Origin: Nageia nagi
Lineage: Eukaryota; Plantae; Pinophyta
Direction: 5' to 3'
DNA length: 64,000 bases
Assembly (NCBI GenBank): GCA_050084985.1
Contig: JBITNC010000002.1
Location: 17,794,001-17,858,000, forward strand
The notes beneath the pieces were generated by a model that searched no databases, had not been told where the DNA came from, and worked only from the letters and a program-made list of their open reading frames with translations. A program made the position numbers and the translations under genes. Below, piece after piece: positions 25,264-39,780 of the stretch (position 1 is the stretch's first letter; each line of letters begins with the position of its first letter).

Positions 25264-26276
25264 TGTGCCAAAAGGCATAGATGGAGAAAAGACACAACAT
25301 TGCTAGGATGGGCCCTAAAACTCAAAATTTGTCTTCACATTTCAGGAATTTATATATAGCAAGTTTCTTGTAAAATCTCTCGCACACTAGCAAAGAATGA
25401 TGTAAAGGAAACCACCTGGAACTTTAAACTGGCTGTAGACAAAAATAGAATAGATTTGATATATAACAGAGAAGCACAGTCCATTGTGAATATCTTATGG
25501 TTTCTAGAAACCTGATGGCTATTTTTATCATTGGACCTGCCACGCACATTATCATTTCCCACTTGAATAAGCCAAGTCAGTTAAACTAAGGAATTCAGGC
25601 TCATCTAACTGCTCTGATAATAGAAAAAAATTGTCACGTAACTCAGATTCTATTTTTTTTAAACCATCTCCTTGAGTTAATCAGTCAAGTCTCACTAAAA
25701 GAGGTGAAATTGAGGCATTTTCTTATTTGGCTTACCACTCAGTCTTAAAATCCTACACATCCTTGACAAATACACACACATGCATGTGTGAGTAAAGAAA
25801 GACAGGGAAAAAGGATCCTGGATAAATTCCTTCCTTTGGATATTTGTAAGTGTGAAAGGCAACACATAAAAGGGTGGATTCAAAACAAGAAGGATGAATA
25901 TTCAATATTTTTCAAGCATTTAAAGCAGAAAAGATGAATTTGAAGAAAAAAACAGAAAATATAAATAACAAAGATATTCTTTCACAGAATTCTTTCCATT
26001 AAGCATTTACTAGTGTAGAATACTATAATAAACTACACAAAAGAATAGATTCATACAAAGAATGATAAATATTCAAAACCATTCTAGCATTTAATAGCCA
26101 GGTGACAACCACTAGTGAACAGAGTCAACCTTATAATGCATTATCAGAAAAGAGGAATTTGATGAAAAAAAAATGAAAAGGGAAAAAAAGTAGAAACTCA
26201 ATGGACTTTTTTCACAGGACATGGAACAAAACATCTGAAAATTTTGGAATCTTCTAGTCCAAGAATGTAAACTTAC

Positions 26277-26373
26277 AACTTTTTCCAGCTGAATCATTCT
26301 TCACAGACAACACACCAAGTAAAGTTTTCCATATCCCTGGAGGTCTTGTTCCCATATGACGGATTCTCTGTGC
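26277..26373 (-). CDS. MTM1: MTM1-like carrier, exon AQRIRHMGTRPPGIWKTLLGVLSVKNDSAGKS
   Basis: GTAAAAG acceptor, T|GTAAGT donor (phase 1); PPG.WKTL.GV is typical of plant MTM1. Confidence 0.88.
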
Positions 26374-29300
26374 CTTTTACAAAAACATTGAAAAGAAAGT
26401 CAAGATCAATCAACAATCAAGCATAGTACTAAATTTTTAACCTATATCTCTGTACTCTGTTCTATTAGTTGGAGAGCATGATTTCACGGCCAAGATGCAG
26501 TATGATTCCATTGTATTGTCTTTAAAGATTTATTTGATTGGTCAGTAGGCTACCAAAAACCCAAATTCATTGTGCAAGTGATCTATTAACATCAAACAAT
26601 AGATTTCTGAATCTCAGATTTGGGTCGCAAATAGACATTAATCAAAATATGATTCACTGATAAACTTGAGAATAGATTTGCAAAGGATAAAAGACAAGGT
26701 GGAGAGGAAGCTCCCGTATGTCTTCACCAACAACTTCTTTAATCGCAAGTCACTCTCATTTTTCTGTTTGTTTTTCCTGCAAAGGCTGAATCAGGTTTTG
26801 TAAAGATTCTCCATGGTAGGAATTAAATATGGTTAGTTATGGTGTATTCATGTTGAGAGAAGACATGTTAGTCAGTTTAAATTGTTTATACCTTTGTAAA
26901 GAGTCAATGGGTCTATAATAAAACTTTATGTAAGCTTGACATTGGTTCTTGTAACTCATGTAAGGTCAATCAAATGATTTAAACTTTACTTAAGTTGTGT
27001 CACTTACATAGCCAGCACCGAGCTTCTAGATGATAATTTGCATATTTGTCTATCTGTTTTGGCCTATCCTTGGCCTATGACTTGATGTAGTTTTTTTGGA
27101 TTCTCTTGTAAATTTGTTCTGCTTCCTCTAATCGATTCTCTCCTTATTCTAGTGGTCTCTTATTGACTAAATCTTCCTCTTCTGAATACTCTTAGATTCT
27201 AATTTTCTTAATAGGTGCTGTCCAAGTGGAGTTGCACTTATGTTTAATGTATGAAGCAATCTTTCATCTAGCAAAGGCAGAGGTTGATTGGGGAACGTCA
27301 TCTCAAGCCCTCTGACCCTCGTTTTTTCTTGATCCCCAGTATTTACAAAGAACATAGCATCTACAGATTAAGTATGAGCAGCATTTAAATAGAGCATAAT
27401 TGCTCCCCTAGAATTCTCGTCCACATCCATTGTGGTTGGTGTTCTGATAATTTTTCTCCGAATCTGACTTCTAGTACTATCATCTCCTCTCCTGCTTGTC
27501 ATTCTTTATCTTCCTCTTCTATTTCTTCTTTCTCTATGCCACCTCTAGTACAAATCTTCTAAGTTCTGGAACTGATTCTATAATGCACCACTTATATCTG
27601 GTTACTTTTTCCTGTGAGAAGAAGGCAATAGGTTTGTCCTCATTTTTAGGTTCTCTCTCCATCAGGGCCCACTCCCTCATTAGCCTCCATACATTTCCCT
27701 ATATTGTTTTCATATTTCTTGATTTCTCTAAGTTTATTGCTTACATTCGCAGGTATTATTTGGGCCCTCTTCTTGGTCTCCTATGCTCTTCTACATTCAC
27801 CACTATGTTCATTTCCTTTTCTCTGCATCTTTCTTTGATTCAACTTTCTTTAACCTCCTTAATGATTGAAAAAACTTCTGGATCCCAAAATCTTACCTGT
27901 CAAATTTTTATTTTATTTTTTTGAGAAAAAAATGTGAATCTGGACTTTCACAATTTTTATTGTATGTCATTCTTTCACCAACCCATTTGATTCACTTGTC
28001 AAGTCTTGATTATATCCTTCGACAAGAGCATAATGAGACTCTTTAGTTCATACTCTAATCAGATACCTAACATTCATGTGATTAATCTGACATTTAAGCA
28101 CATTTATTGCATTTCAACAATAAAAGTGCATTTTGCTTGCAATAGACACATAAAATGTGCACATATACTGTTGAGTGTAATAAAAGATTCTTCATGACCA
28201 TGACATGTCCATCTCTCCCATAAGAATTGAAATTTGTCATCATCATCAAAACCTCTTTCCAGTTGCAACTTGACAGAATGCAAAATAATGCTCCTTTACA
28301 TGGATAACTCAAAATAAATGATATTTAACAATATTTCAAATAATATCCGACACCTCAGATCCCTCTTTGCAAAACTATCAATTTACACTACATGCTATAC
28401 TATTTTTTAAATAGAAAACTTTGAAAGCTGCAGACAGCTGGGTGATGAAATATATTCAAGTATTGGACCAGCCCGTTCTCCATTAAAGCTAACAAGTTGC
28501 AGCAGATGAACAACAGATTGTCTATATAGTTGCATGTTCTTCTATAGAACAAATAGAATTCTTACAATAACATCAAAATAGAGAGCTTCTTAAACAAAAA
28601 CATTGAGTAGAAAGGAAAAATCCAACAATATTTCAAGCCACAGCTCCAAAAAAAACTAGAAAAATACAAATGGATTATTAATAATAATATTGAAGAATTA
28701 TTTACCAAGTTATATACATTCTCTGAGCCAACGATACAGTTGCACATGGAAACATAATTAGAACTTTTGAAATGAATTTCATGTTGTTGGAACTGAGTTT
28801 TAATGCCCCAATCTTGAGGAAAATAATTTTTCTCGTGAATCCACTGCTTAACTGCATATTGAAACAAAGATATGATCGAAAAAAATACATGTAAAACAAA
28901 TACATAGAAAAATAGAAAATACAGAATTATGCAGTCTACTTCAAATCATTAAAAGGCATTATTAAGACATTTTGGTGCTGCAACTCTTAAGTGTTTCCCA
29001 AAAGAATGACACCAGTTCAAACACTGTCGCTGCTCATCCACCACAGAATGCTGTTCAGTGGAAAAACAAAAACTGAGAAAAAAAGGTGCAGCATCTCAGA
29101 TAATTTATACTTGTTTGATTTCTTCAACTATCTTCTCTACCAAGAACTTACAGTATTTTCTCCTTGGGGTGCTATTATCATGGCATTTCTTCTGTGAAAA
29201 TGCTACAGTAGACACCAAGAATCTTAGCAATGTAAGTGAGGAAACCTCATAGAAAGAGAGGGTGATGAAATATTCTTTTTCCCACTTGCCCATGCATTCT

Positions 29301-30555
29301 CATTCTTCTTATTCAGAGTATTTCAGACACACTCACATCTAAACAATAATGGTCGGATTGAGTAAGACATTTTTTCCCAATACACTTTCCCTAGTTTACT
29401 AGTTCTGATACAAAATGTTGAAATCTGGTGGAGCAACTAACAAAATGTGGTTCATAAATAAGCAATTTTTAATTATATTATGAAAGCATATTTATACTCA
29501 AATTGGTTCAAGATGGGGCAACAAAATGGATGATTTAATTATTACAATAAACTATATAACTCTAGTCTTGATGACATCAATGATATAATAAACTGCTCAT
29601 CCTAACAAACATATCGTTTTTTTTTCTCTTTTCTCTTCTGTTCTTCTTTCTTTTTTCCAACTCTACTACCTTATTGATCCACCCTTCTATTCATCTGTTA
29701 TCATCATGGTTCAGTTGACAAGGGCATCCTAGAGTATGAAAGGGTGCTTTGCACCATTTTTTTTCCCTAAGCAATTGTGTAGATTAGGGAGGGACGATTC
29801 CATGTTTTTCCCTCAATCACTCAAAAGATTTTTCCTTGACAGCATTTTAAAAAAATTCAACTTTGCAATGCCCAGCAGGAAATAAAATTGTCAATGTACT
29901 CTCCAATGTCCATCCAATCATCCACAATCCTTGTCTACAGTTTCTCAGACTCTTTCAATCTAATTGTGTACCAAGACAGGGATTGTTTTAATCATTTATA
30001 CCTAATAAGTATCCCTTTATACCTAATGTTTGACAATGCGAAGGGATTGTTTTAATCATTTAGCTACCCACCATCCAAACTGAGTTGCTTTCTCACACCC
30101 CTAACTACAATTTCTTCTTGTCTTGGCTTCCAATCCACTGACATTCCCACTTCTAACTTGATCATTCCTCAATGACAAAGGTCCACATCAGCTGAAAAAA
30201 AGGTTTAGTCAAAGTGGGTTCTGTATTTAATGGCAACAACATGAAACCAATGAGTAATTGAACTATTTCATTGCCAGTCTTCGTCAAGAAAGAAAATATT
30301 TTCTATCCCGAATGAATATCAACTATTGGCAGGATTCAACTATAAACTACCTAGAATGAATGTGTTATAACCCCCACATAACCACACATCTATAAATATG
30401 AGTGAGGGCTATGCCCATAAGCATCACTATAAACTCATATTTTAATTGGTATCTTTCAATAATTGGGAGGTCACTCCATAAAAGTGGTAACAACTCTTGG
30501 ATCTCTTCATTGCTATTCACTGTGAACTTCTGTTATTCAATCATTCTAGATTTGG

Positions 30556-32142
30556 TTGGAGGCAAAGGAAAATATTCTGGTTAAGTGGATTCCTCCTCCT
30601 TTGGGATGGGTAAAGCTAAATTTTGATGGATCTTCTAGAGGTAATCCAAGAAATTCAGGAGCAGGGGGAATTATTTGTAATGATAAAGGTGAACTTCATT
30701 TAGCCTATGCTGAGAACATTGGACATCAAACTAGTCACTTCGCTGAAGCAAAATCTCTTTGCCAAGGGGTTAAACTTCTAAGGGATGTGGTTTTGAGAGA
30801 GCCATTATTGAAGGAGACTCATTGAATATAATTAATACTTATACACTTAAAGGCACTCAAGAACCTAGTTGGAATCAAGTTAGGCTCAAAGTTGTCAAAC
30901 TCGGAATCGGATAAGAATCGTTTGGCAGGAAGATTTTGATTTTTTGAGAATCGGCGAAAAATCGTCCAATAAGAAAAACCAAGAATTTTTACAATTTGAC
31001 GTTGAAATAAATCATTTTTAGCTATCTCTCAAAATTGCATATAAAATAAGACAACATTCCATATCAAATAATACATTACACAAGTGAAAACATATTGCAG
31101 CATTGGAAATTGTAGAGTTTTCAGTTTTGTACTACATATCGAATGTCCAAGGACCAAAACACATCAAAAATTTCCAAGTTCACAAAACAAAATCTGAACC
31201 AAGACATTTATCTAGATTCTAATGTACATATTGCCTTTCTTTACCCATTCTCAATCTCTCTTTTGTTGCTCTAGGCTTCTAGCCCTGTTAGTGGTTTTTT
31301 TTGGTTCTTCAGACTCTTTCAAGGTCTTCTACTTCTTGGGAATATGATGGATCCCCTACTTGTGGTTGTGTTGGAATCTATCTCAAATAATGTTCCATGG
31401 TGTTTCGGGGACGGGGACGGGGCGTACGGTGAGACACATCTTCGGGGACTCATATCATATGACTCATGAGACTCGAGAGTCAAAACATATCATATGAGAG
31501 TCTAATACAAGAAGTAGAACATAGGACAATGCCAAAATGTCAAAACATATCATATGATTCATAAGACTCGAGAGTCAAAACATATCATATGACTCATCGA
31601 TAATATTTTAATGAAACCTAATGAGAGTATCCAATGTTTTGTTCACAAACCCAAAAGGACCTCTTTAAAAAAACTTTGCTCCTCTTAGCTCCTCCTAGCT
31701 GAAGTTTGCAAGAAAAAGTGAAAAAAAAATCCAATTTTGACCTTTTTTCTTCCCTATCTGGTGCTTAGAAATCCTACGATTTTTTGCCAAAAATTGGGAA
31801 AAAAAGGCCCAAAAAATCAGATTGGGAATCGCCAGAATCAGACAAAAAATCACCACACCAGAAAAATAAGAAAATTGGAATCGGTTCCAAAAAAATCATT
31901 TAGGCTATCGATCCCGATTTTTTGCCGATTTTTCATCAATTTTTACAACATTGGTTAGGCTCGTTGATGAGATTAAATCTTGGCTCTCTATATTGGAGTA
32001 TCATATCATTAACACCAACAAGAAAGGGAACATAATAGTAGACCATCTAGCATACCTTGGTCTTCTTCAAGAAGAGTTCTCTACATGGAGGCAGAATTCT
32101 CCAGAAGCAATCTTTATGATCTCTAATCTTAAATATGGATGA
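30556..32142 (+). pseudogene. Retroelement RNase H-like (RVT_3-type) remnant split by a MITE
   Basis: WIPPPLGWVKLNFDGSSRGNP..GAGG..AEA, IEGDSL, PSWNQ|VRLVDEI..GNIIVDHLAYLG. Confidence 0.8.
30887..31953. mobile_element. Non-autonomous hAT element (MITE-like, 1067 bp)
   Basis: Perfect 8-bp TSD GTTAGGCT (30879-30886, 31954-31961); TIRs CAAAGTTGTCAAA / CAATGTTGTAAAA(rc); subterminal AATCG/CGATT repeats. Confidence 0.9.
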
Positions 32143-34430
32143 TAAAATCCCAATAATAATTAATAAGATGTTGAAGAGGTTCCCTAGTTCGCCTACCATG
32201 ATCAATTTGCTTGAATGGTGGGTGATATCCCCATGGATAGAAGATTCGTCTCAAGTGGATGCCCTTGGAATTTCTATTTTTCAAAAAGGGTGTTTCAGAT
32301 ATGGAAGGTCATGGAATGGGAACTTGAACATTCCCAAGGTGACGAGATTCAAGGCAGTTGATTAGACCAACAAGATCATTTTGTTGACTAGCCCACAAAC
32401 ATTGATGATCCAAATGCTCAATTAGACCACGTATCCATTCGAGCGGGTTCATGCTATCGTACCTTATGCACCATCATGAGTAGGTGAGGCTTGAGCAAAG
32501 CTTTCTAGATCATTGATTGATATGTGCAATGGTGCATCTAGACACATATTCAATGCATGGAGTGGAGCTCCCAATGTCTCATGAGGGAGCATTGATAAAT
32601 CAACTGTTGAGCTTTGCATGTACTCATTCACTTATGGTTTTTTGCATTTTTCTTTCACTGTGCTTGTTTCAATGGTGACAAGAAGGGTTGAGCCTACAAA
32701 CCTAACAATGGATATAGAGGTAATTGCAATCCTGAAGAAGGGGACTGTGGAATTTTCTAAAGAAATTTCCATCAACAAACATGGAGCTAGCTACCACCTT
32801 AGTTTGTTCATGGAGGGATGGGAAAGTAGTTGTACGAGGGTTAAAGTTCAGAATTACGGTGGAGTTGTTGGAGGAGGTTTTTGGTCTAGCAATGAAGGGT
32901 ATCAATTTGAATAGAGAGAAGCACTTGTTGAAGAAGGAGGTCGACCTTTTTCGCAAACAAGAAGGGAAATATAGCAATTTATGGGTAAGGTATCACAGGG
33001 ACTCTTCCAAAGCCATGGGGGAAAGTTTTGTTGACCATCATGTAATTCCTTACCCTTGATGAGAGCTAGGATGTTGTTCAAAGTTTTCATGTGGTTCTCC
33101 TGAACCATCTTCAAGGTAACCATTTATGAATATTCCCCTATTTTTGTTTAAGTTGATGGAGAAGATTGTTCTCATTTTGCAAAATGGCAAGCTTGTGGCC
33201 CCCAAGCATGCAAGGCTCCTCACCATGTTGTATCAGCATATGGAAGCCACGCTGAAGGCGGCCAAAGAAAGTCACATTCCAACAAATTTTACCTCGGATT
33301 CTTCATCCAGTGAGTCAAAATTGGGATTAGAGGCCCCTCCACTCTCACCACAACCGATCAAGAAAGAATCATTGAATACTAACTCAAATGCTTCAAGTGG
33401 CAAAAAGGAGCTTGCGAAAGAGGATAGAGGAAGAGAACAATCCTCTTTCTCGAACACATTGAAAGGGGAGCTTGCCTGTACGAGCAAAAGGATAGGAATG
33501 CACCACTCAAAAGCTATTGGTTACTATTATTGTGATATGAGTCTGGAATTCACATGCAATTTCTGTTGTTGTACTAGCTAAATCATAACAAAATGGTCCC
33601 ACCACAAATCCAACAAGAAAGATCAATAAGCAAATGCTGCTGCCCCCTCACTGGCAATCTTTTCAGAGTAAGCAACAACAAAAACACAGGTGCCAGTTCA
33701 AAAAGTAAGGCCGCCTTCCATCTTGCCTGATTTGGTCAGCCTCATTAATTAATTTCCGCTACCATTCCTTCCACAGTGAACTATGTAGACAAAAGTGCAG
33801 GGCATCTGATTTGCTCATCTTACTTCTTGGTCAGAGTCAAAATGGAGTGATTTTTCTTTCCATCTTTTCTAATTTAAGGTGAATAGATCTTGTTCTATTT
33901 CTATTTCTTTCAGTCAAAGAAAAAATTTAAAAATGAAAATGCAGTAGACATGGACATGCAAGGCCTACTACACAACCCGTAGGTGATATGGGGGAATAGA
34001 GAAGAAACAACTAGCTACCTGGTATATCTATCTCTGTAATGCCTTGTCCCTGAAGTAAATAACTATCCTCTAAGCTTTCCAAGCTAGGGAGCTCACCCAG
34101 CAGCCATTAAAAGCAACTATTCCAGAATTCCCCAGTTTGAATGATGCAGACAGCTCATCATTTAAAAAACAGTCTTGAAAATAGGGATACAAAAAAAGCA
34201 TATCAAACCCTGAACAAATCAGTAACTCTGAAGGGATTGATATAGTCGCTCATTCTTGTGATTATTCAGGATCTGTTATAGCCAGAAGTACCTTTGCCTT
34301 ACCTACCTCTATTCTCAAAGTAAACCCATCAATCAACTTATTCATTCATTTCTCCACGCTAAGAGTCTAATCAAAGATTCGTGCACTCAGAAAGAAAAGG
34401 TAGATCATTATTATGAATGAAATATTCTTC

Positions 34431-34782
34431 TCACTAAATTCCCAGTTCATAGTTATAGAAGATAGATAGCCCCTTCTACAGCTTGAAATATTTGAATCCT
34501 TACAAACAAATAGTAGCTTCTACTTGTCGTTTCCAGTTACTAATATGTCTCTCAACCAGTGTTGACTTGACCTGATGGACTCAACCTAGTTAGTGTTGAC
34601 TTGACTTGAAATAGTCCGCTCACTAAATACCTGGTTCATAGTTATAGAAGATAGATAGCCCCTTCTACTGTTGAAATATCTGAATCCTTACAAACAAATA
34701 GCAGCTTCTACTTGTCGTTTCCAGTTACTAATATGTCTCTCAACCAGCATTGACTTGACCTGATGGACTCAACCTAGTTAGT
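34431..34782. repeat. ~189-bp period tandem duplication in an intron
   Basis: tcactaaat..gttcatagttatagaagatagatagcccc..ggactcaacctagttagt occurs at 34431 and 34620. Confidence 0.88.
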
Positions 34783-35485
34783 TGGATAGACAGCACTCAA
34801 ATCGTTCACATGATACAACTGCAAGTACAGAGCCAGAAAGAAGAAATTTGGACTCAACCTATATTTTTGAAAGAGATACAACTGAATGAGTAATACTCAT
34901 ATATATAATTAGGCCATTTAGAATACATAATCAGATTACACATGGAGTCATCATAAGGCTTTTGGACTCTTTTAGCACTTGTGTCAATGACACACCTTTC
35001 AAAGAGCTGGATTACACCTTTTTATCCACATCAAGGGTTGTGACTTGATAAGCGTAATGTTTCATGACTAATCCCTATCCAAGCATATAACTTTCTGAGG
35101 ATGGTGCCAATCATATGCTTACAAAACAATATCCTCTAAGAATTATTTTAATACTAAATGGATCTCCCTATAACATTTTCAAATAGTAGTTAATTAATCA
35201 AAAGAAGATGGAAAGTCATCCATAATGCTCTGTGCAAAATACAAACATATTTGCATGACCAATAATTTTTAATGGAGGAAGATGTTAATATTCCAATATG
35301 TCTCGCTTCAATCTATGTCAATGTGGTCATAATCCAGCATGAATATAATTGAGCTAAATTATATCTAAGTTTTTACAACTGACAAACATATAAGATCTAA
35401 CCACCCACTAGTGTCCAAGAAGCTAATGCATAATAGATTGCTAAAAATCAAGTCAGCAATTCAAAACAATCATGTGGTGACACAC

Positions 35486-35656
35486 CTGCATCCTTGTCCT
35501 TGCTAATTCAATCGGAGAACAAGTAATGCATGCCACAGAACGCGCCATTGCTCCTGCAATAAATGGTGCATATGGTGTGAATTGAGGTGCATTTTTCTGT
35601 GAAATCCCTTCAAGCCAATCACGGAAGATCTCATAGCAAGGCATATATATTCCAAC
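35486..35656 (-). CDS. MTM1: MTM1-like carrier, exon VGIYMPCYE...SPIELARTRMQ
   Basis: 57 aa, phase 0/0, CAG acceptor and CAG|GTGTG donor; second carrier motif PIELARTR. Confidence 0.93.
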
Positions 35657-36019
35657 CTGATCACAAAAGCAAATTATGCAATTAATATTGCAAACCTCAA
35701 AACATATCATGAAAAAATATTGATAAAGGTCTACTTAGAGCCTCAACATGCAAACCATATTCTTTGAGTGTATATTGTGGTTGATATGAAAAAATATATC
35801 GCGTGTGAAGACAGTACTATGTAATCAGTGCTTCAAGATGCAAACCAGATTCTTTAAGTGCCTATTATGATCAGCATAAAATCTATCAAGTGTGAACACA
35901 CTGCTATCTAAAACATGCATGTTATAATACTATAAAATTACAAAAGCATTTCAGTGGAATATTGAAATTCATAGATTTTCTCCCCACAAGGTGAAAAATT
36001 GATTACTATCATTTCACAC

Positions 36020-38600
36020 ACGTGTGTCCTACTTTATTCATTCATCAACATTTATAACTTTCTTGCTTGGTTGGAATTTCCCTTTTGTATAGAAGGGGCC
36101 CACAAAAAGGTTGTTGTATATGCTTGGACACAATGCAAACAGATATAGTACCTAAGTATTCGATAAAGATATATGTCTGTTTATAATGTTGGTAAAAAAT
36201 ATAAAACAGAACATCCTTAAAACCTTCCCTAGACAATCTAATTTGACCTAAACTTAGATGATGAAGTTTTTAATCCAACACATTCATCATAGCAACGCTT
36301 TTAGTCTTCAACATACTTTGAGACTTGAACAGCCATCATTCTTCTCAGCTGTAAGCCCTCTGTTTTTATTTAATTAAGGGGAAATAGGACATATTTGTTT
36401 AATCCTACCCTGAAGATCCTTAGTCACGCTTAGTTTCATAGCAATTAAAGGGCTTTTCAGTATTCCATCTCCCATATCTTCAAGTCGATCCTTCAATCCC
36501 TAGTAATAATTTGAAAAAACAGATTTTAAGAGAGGCCTTGTAAGCTTTCAGGTAAAAGGTATCGGATTTTTTGAATATTCAGTTGCCATTCAATGCTCTG
36601 TAACTGTTAGAATTATTTTATTCTGTATACCTAGATTTTTGCAATTGAAGGTAGAGAAGGGAAGCATCCCTAAGCTTCGAATGATCCATGATCGAATGCA
36701 CAAGATGATGTCTTCAAATGACCAAATGCCTACCTTTATAGCATTTCAAACTTGTCAATATGCTCCTAAAAGACAGCCGACTAGGAGAGGGGGAATTATT
36801 AATTATTAAATGACCCTAAACCTCCCTAATATGGCCGACTTGGGCATGGGGGCATAATTCATCTTATTGGCCCTTTTTCCTAGCTCAAATAAACACATAA
36901 TTTGCCCTTTCCGAGTGCTTGTGTTTAAGGCATAAATATAGATATAATAAATATATAAATTGACAAATAAAGTACTCTTAATCTAAGTACTAAAGATCAC
37001 AATGAATAAGCATGAGGGGTGACATTTAGATGTCCCAAATTGGGGACATTACAATTCCACCCTCCTCAAATTGCTTACCCTCAAGCAATTCCAAATGCGT
37101 CGCAAGGTGATGTTGGTCTTCATACTTGGTCTTCAATTGTACCAAGTGATGCTTGACTCCATGGGGGTCCTTCAAAAGTGCTAACCAACTGTCCAGGTTC
37201 TCTTCAAAACAGTCCCTTGATAATATCAAGAGAATGCAATCATGGAGGCGGCTGTCCCAAGGTGTAGAAGCAAGAAGTGTTGTTGATGATGCGTGCCTAT
37301 TCAACCTTCAACCCTGTGCATTGCTTCCAAACTGATTCCAATGCTTTGTTGTCCCAAGAGTGTGACAAATCATAGCTGATGAGATGCTGACCTGACTTGC
37401 CTTAGGTGCCAAAAATATTGCTCAAATGCTTGCCAAGTGTTATCCCTTTATAGAGTCTAGCTGTCATATCTCTTGAACCAATGGTACTGAATTTGGTAGG
37501 GCTGTTCCCACCCAAGATGATGTGCAAATCAGTCAATAGTAGACTGATTTTTGAGTCCACAAACTTTGTCTCTCTCCCCATATCAGTCTTCAAAACTTAA
37601 CTGCTAAGGTCATATAGGAATGATAGTGAACTTACATTCTTTTTGGCAACATCAAGATTCATACATGTTGTCATTTGAGGTATAATTGGCTGAAGTAGTA
37701 AGGACTGATTTCTTCACTTAATCATGTCATAAACCTTGCCAAACAAGTTGTAGATCATGCCTCCAAGTGTCCCAACAGAGGGGGTCAAATGAACCTCAAA
37801 GTGTGATTGTATGTCACCTTTCATGGTGGTCAACCAAGGAAATGAAATGGATTCAAGAATGCTGATGTGACAAGGACTGATATACCTCATGTCTAGCTGT
37901 CCAAGAAGTGGATATGCATAGGTCTTCAAAAGGTCTCTTGCTTCCATATGTGATACTTCTTTGAAAGTAGAAAAATAGCTGAGTTTATCCTTTGACATAT
38001 GCTCTTTACCTCCCACAATACTGTCACAAAAATCAGAGATGATGTTTTGGCTGCTCCTTTTCATTTGAGATGAATTTTGGTCCCTTTTTATGATGCAATC
38101 ACTGCTGCAATTGGCAAGGATACGTTTGTCCCTATTTGTTGTTGTTTGGGGCAACCTTTTGGCAATGTTCTTCAATTTTATACGTCCCAAACTGAGTATG
38201 TATTCAAGAGAGGAAAACATGCATGCTCCATAACCTGTCATAAAATCCAACTGTATGGCTCTTCCATGTGGTGTGAGAGCTAAGACTGTCTCTTGCTATC
38301 CAAGGCTGCCCATAGACTCTATCCAAACTGATATCACTGTTGTCCAAACCAATGATGTTGCTTTCCCAAGAAGTGTAGATGTTGGGACTGATTTTTGCTG
38401 TCAAAGGCTGCCTTGTAATGGTGTCATAAATGTTGTTGCTAAAGCTGTAATATTTGTTGTTGATTTGCTCTTGCAAGAATGTTAGTTAGCTATCATATCA
38501 TGAACTATGTAGAATATTGCTATAGAAGTTGTCTGAGGATATGAGGTTACTGCTAATGAGATAGAGGTTCTTGATTCCACATCTTTACCATGCATATTAT
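36020..38600 (-). mobile_element. Gypsy 3' fragment with PPT and 3' LTR
   Basis: LLEGKQFEEGGIV overlaps PPT GAGGAGGGTGG (37067-37057); LTR starts TGTAATGTCCCC at 37053; both far ends approximate. Confidence 0.65.
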
Positions 38601-38619
38601 GGGTTGCTCATCTTGCTAC

Positions 38620-39780
38620 TAATTGCGCTCAATTGACTGCTCTGGCTAAGAAGTGTAACCTAAATACAAACACATTTGATTTACCTACCGATAAGATGAG
38701 GATGACATTAGAGCATTGTACAACATTATGAAGGTTCCAACCAGAGGAAGTCAGTTCATTTTAAATAGGTCACTACAGAAAAGAAAAAGACAAAGTTGAT
38801 GAACTCCCTGATAAGTTCCACTAGATATAAACATTGGAAGCATGGTTGTTAGTTGGCTGCTATATGTGTGCGTCCTCCTATAGATCTTCCATAGATTCAA
38901 TCAATTATTATTGCAAATTTGTAATATTTTCTCTATTTAGATAAGAGCAATAAAATATCCACTATTAGTATTGTACACATAGTGAAGAACATAATTTGGA
39001 GTGTTAGCATGGAGACTAGCCATAATAGGGTAGTTGTATTATGATCTTTTTCTCCTTGTGACGAAAGAAGAAAAGAACATTATTCATGCCCCTTTGCCAC
39101 AAATTTGATCATTAAGAGCATATTATTTTTCGTCTACATGGTCTCCCTTGCATAGTTAGTGAGATAGAGCTAACCTTTTGAGTTAGGTTGTCTCCTTTTG
39201 ATGGTTAAAAGTAATCTAAGAGGCACTAAGCATTACAATGTGAGCTAGATTCGATGACAGATGATCAAATAATTTTGAGCCAAATCTAAGCTTTGCTAGC
39301 TAGAATAAAGATTTTTATGAGTTCAACCATATTTGAAGTTGCTATTTGTGGAAAGATATTATTTGTTGTGAGTCTTAATGCAATTTGAACTACCCTAAGA
39401 TAGACCTAACAATCTTCCATATGTATCGCAACATCCAACAAAGAGATATGCTAGAGGGAACCATTTAATGCATCTCTTGGATCTTGGATTGGAAGGAGCA
39501 TGATTTTGATTCACCTATAAACACAAACAAGGAAACTAAGTATCATGGATGCACAAAAGCTTACATAGAGTGGTGGTTGACAACTAGGCCACCTCCAATA
39601 CAGCACTATGAGGATGATCATATGCAAGAGGCTCATTATGGTGGAGACATATGCATAATAGAGATGGTGGTCCCATTGGAGCACCAAAGGACTACACTAG
39701 GGACAAGGAGGTTGAGCATGATAACAAGGACATGGAGGAGGATAAAGATGATAAGGTGGTATTAGATGTGGTTCTTCCAT
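38620..39780 (+). pseudogene. Plant mobile domain (PMD) remnant
   Basis: TNTFDLPTDKMRMTLE (cf. THTFHLP.GEMTITLED), AWRLAIIG*LYYDL, AYIEWW; many stops. Confidence 0.6.

Noticed and set aside
26900-27924. 142-aa hydrophobic ORF 27496-27924 as a membrane protein
   Set aside because: Antisense reading of a purine-rich decayed repeat in an intron; no motif; element family not assignable
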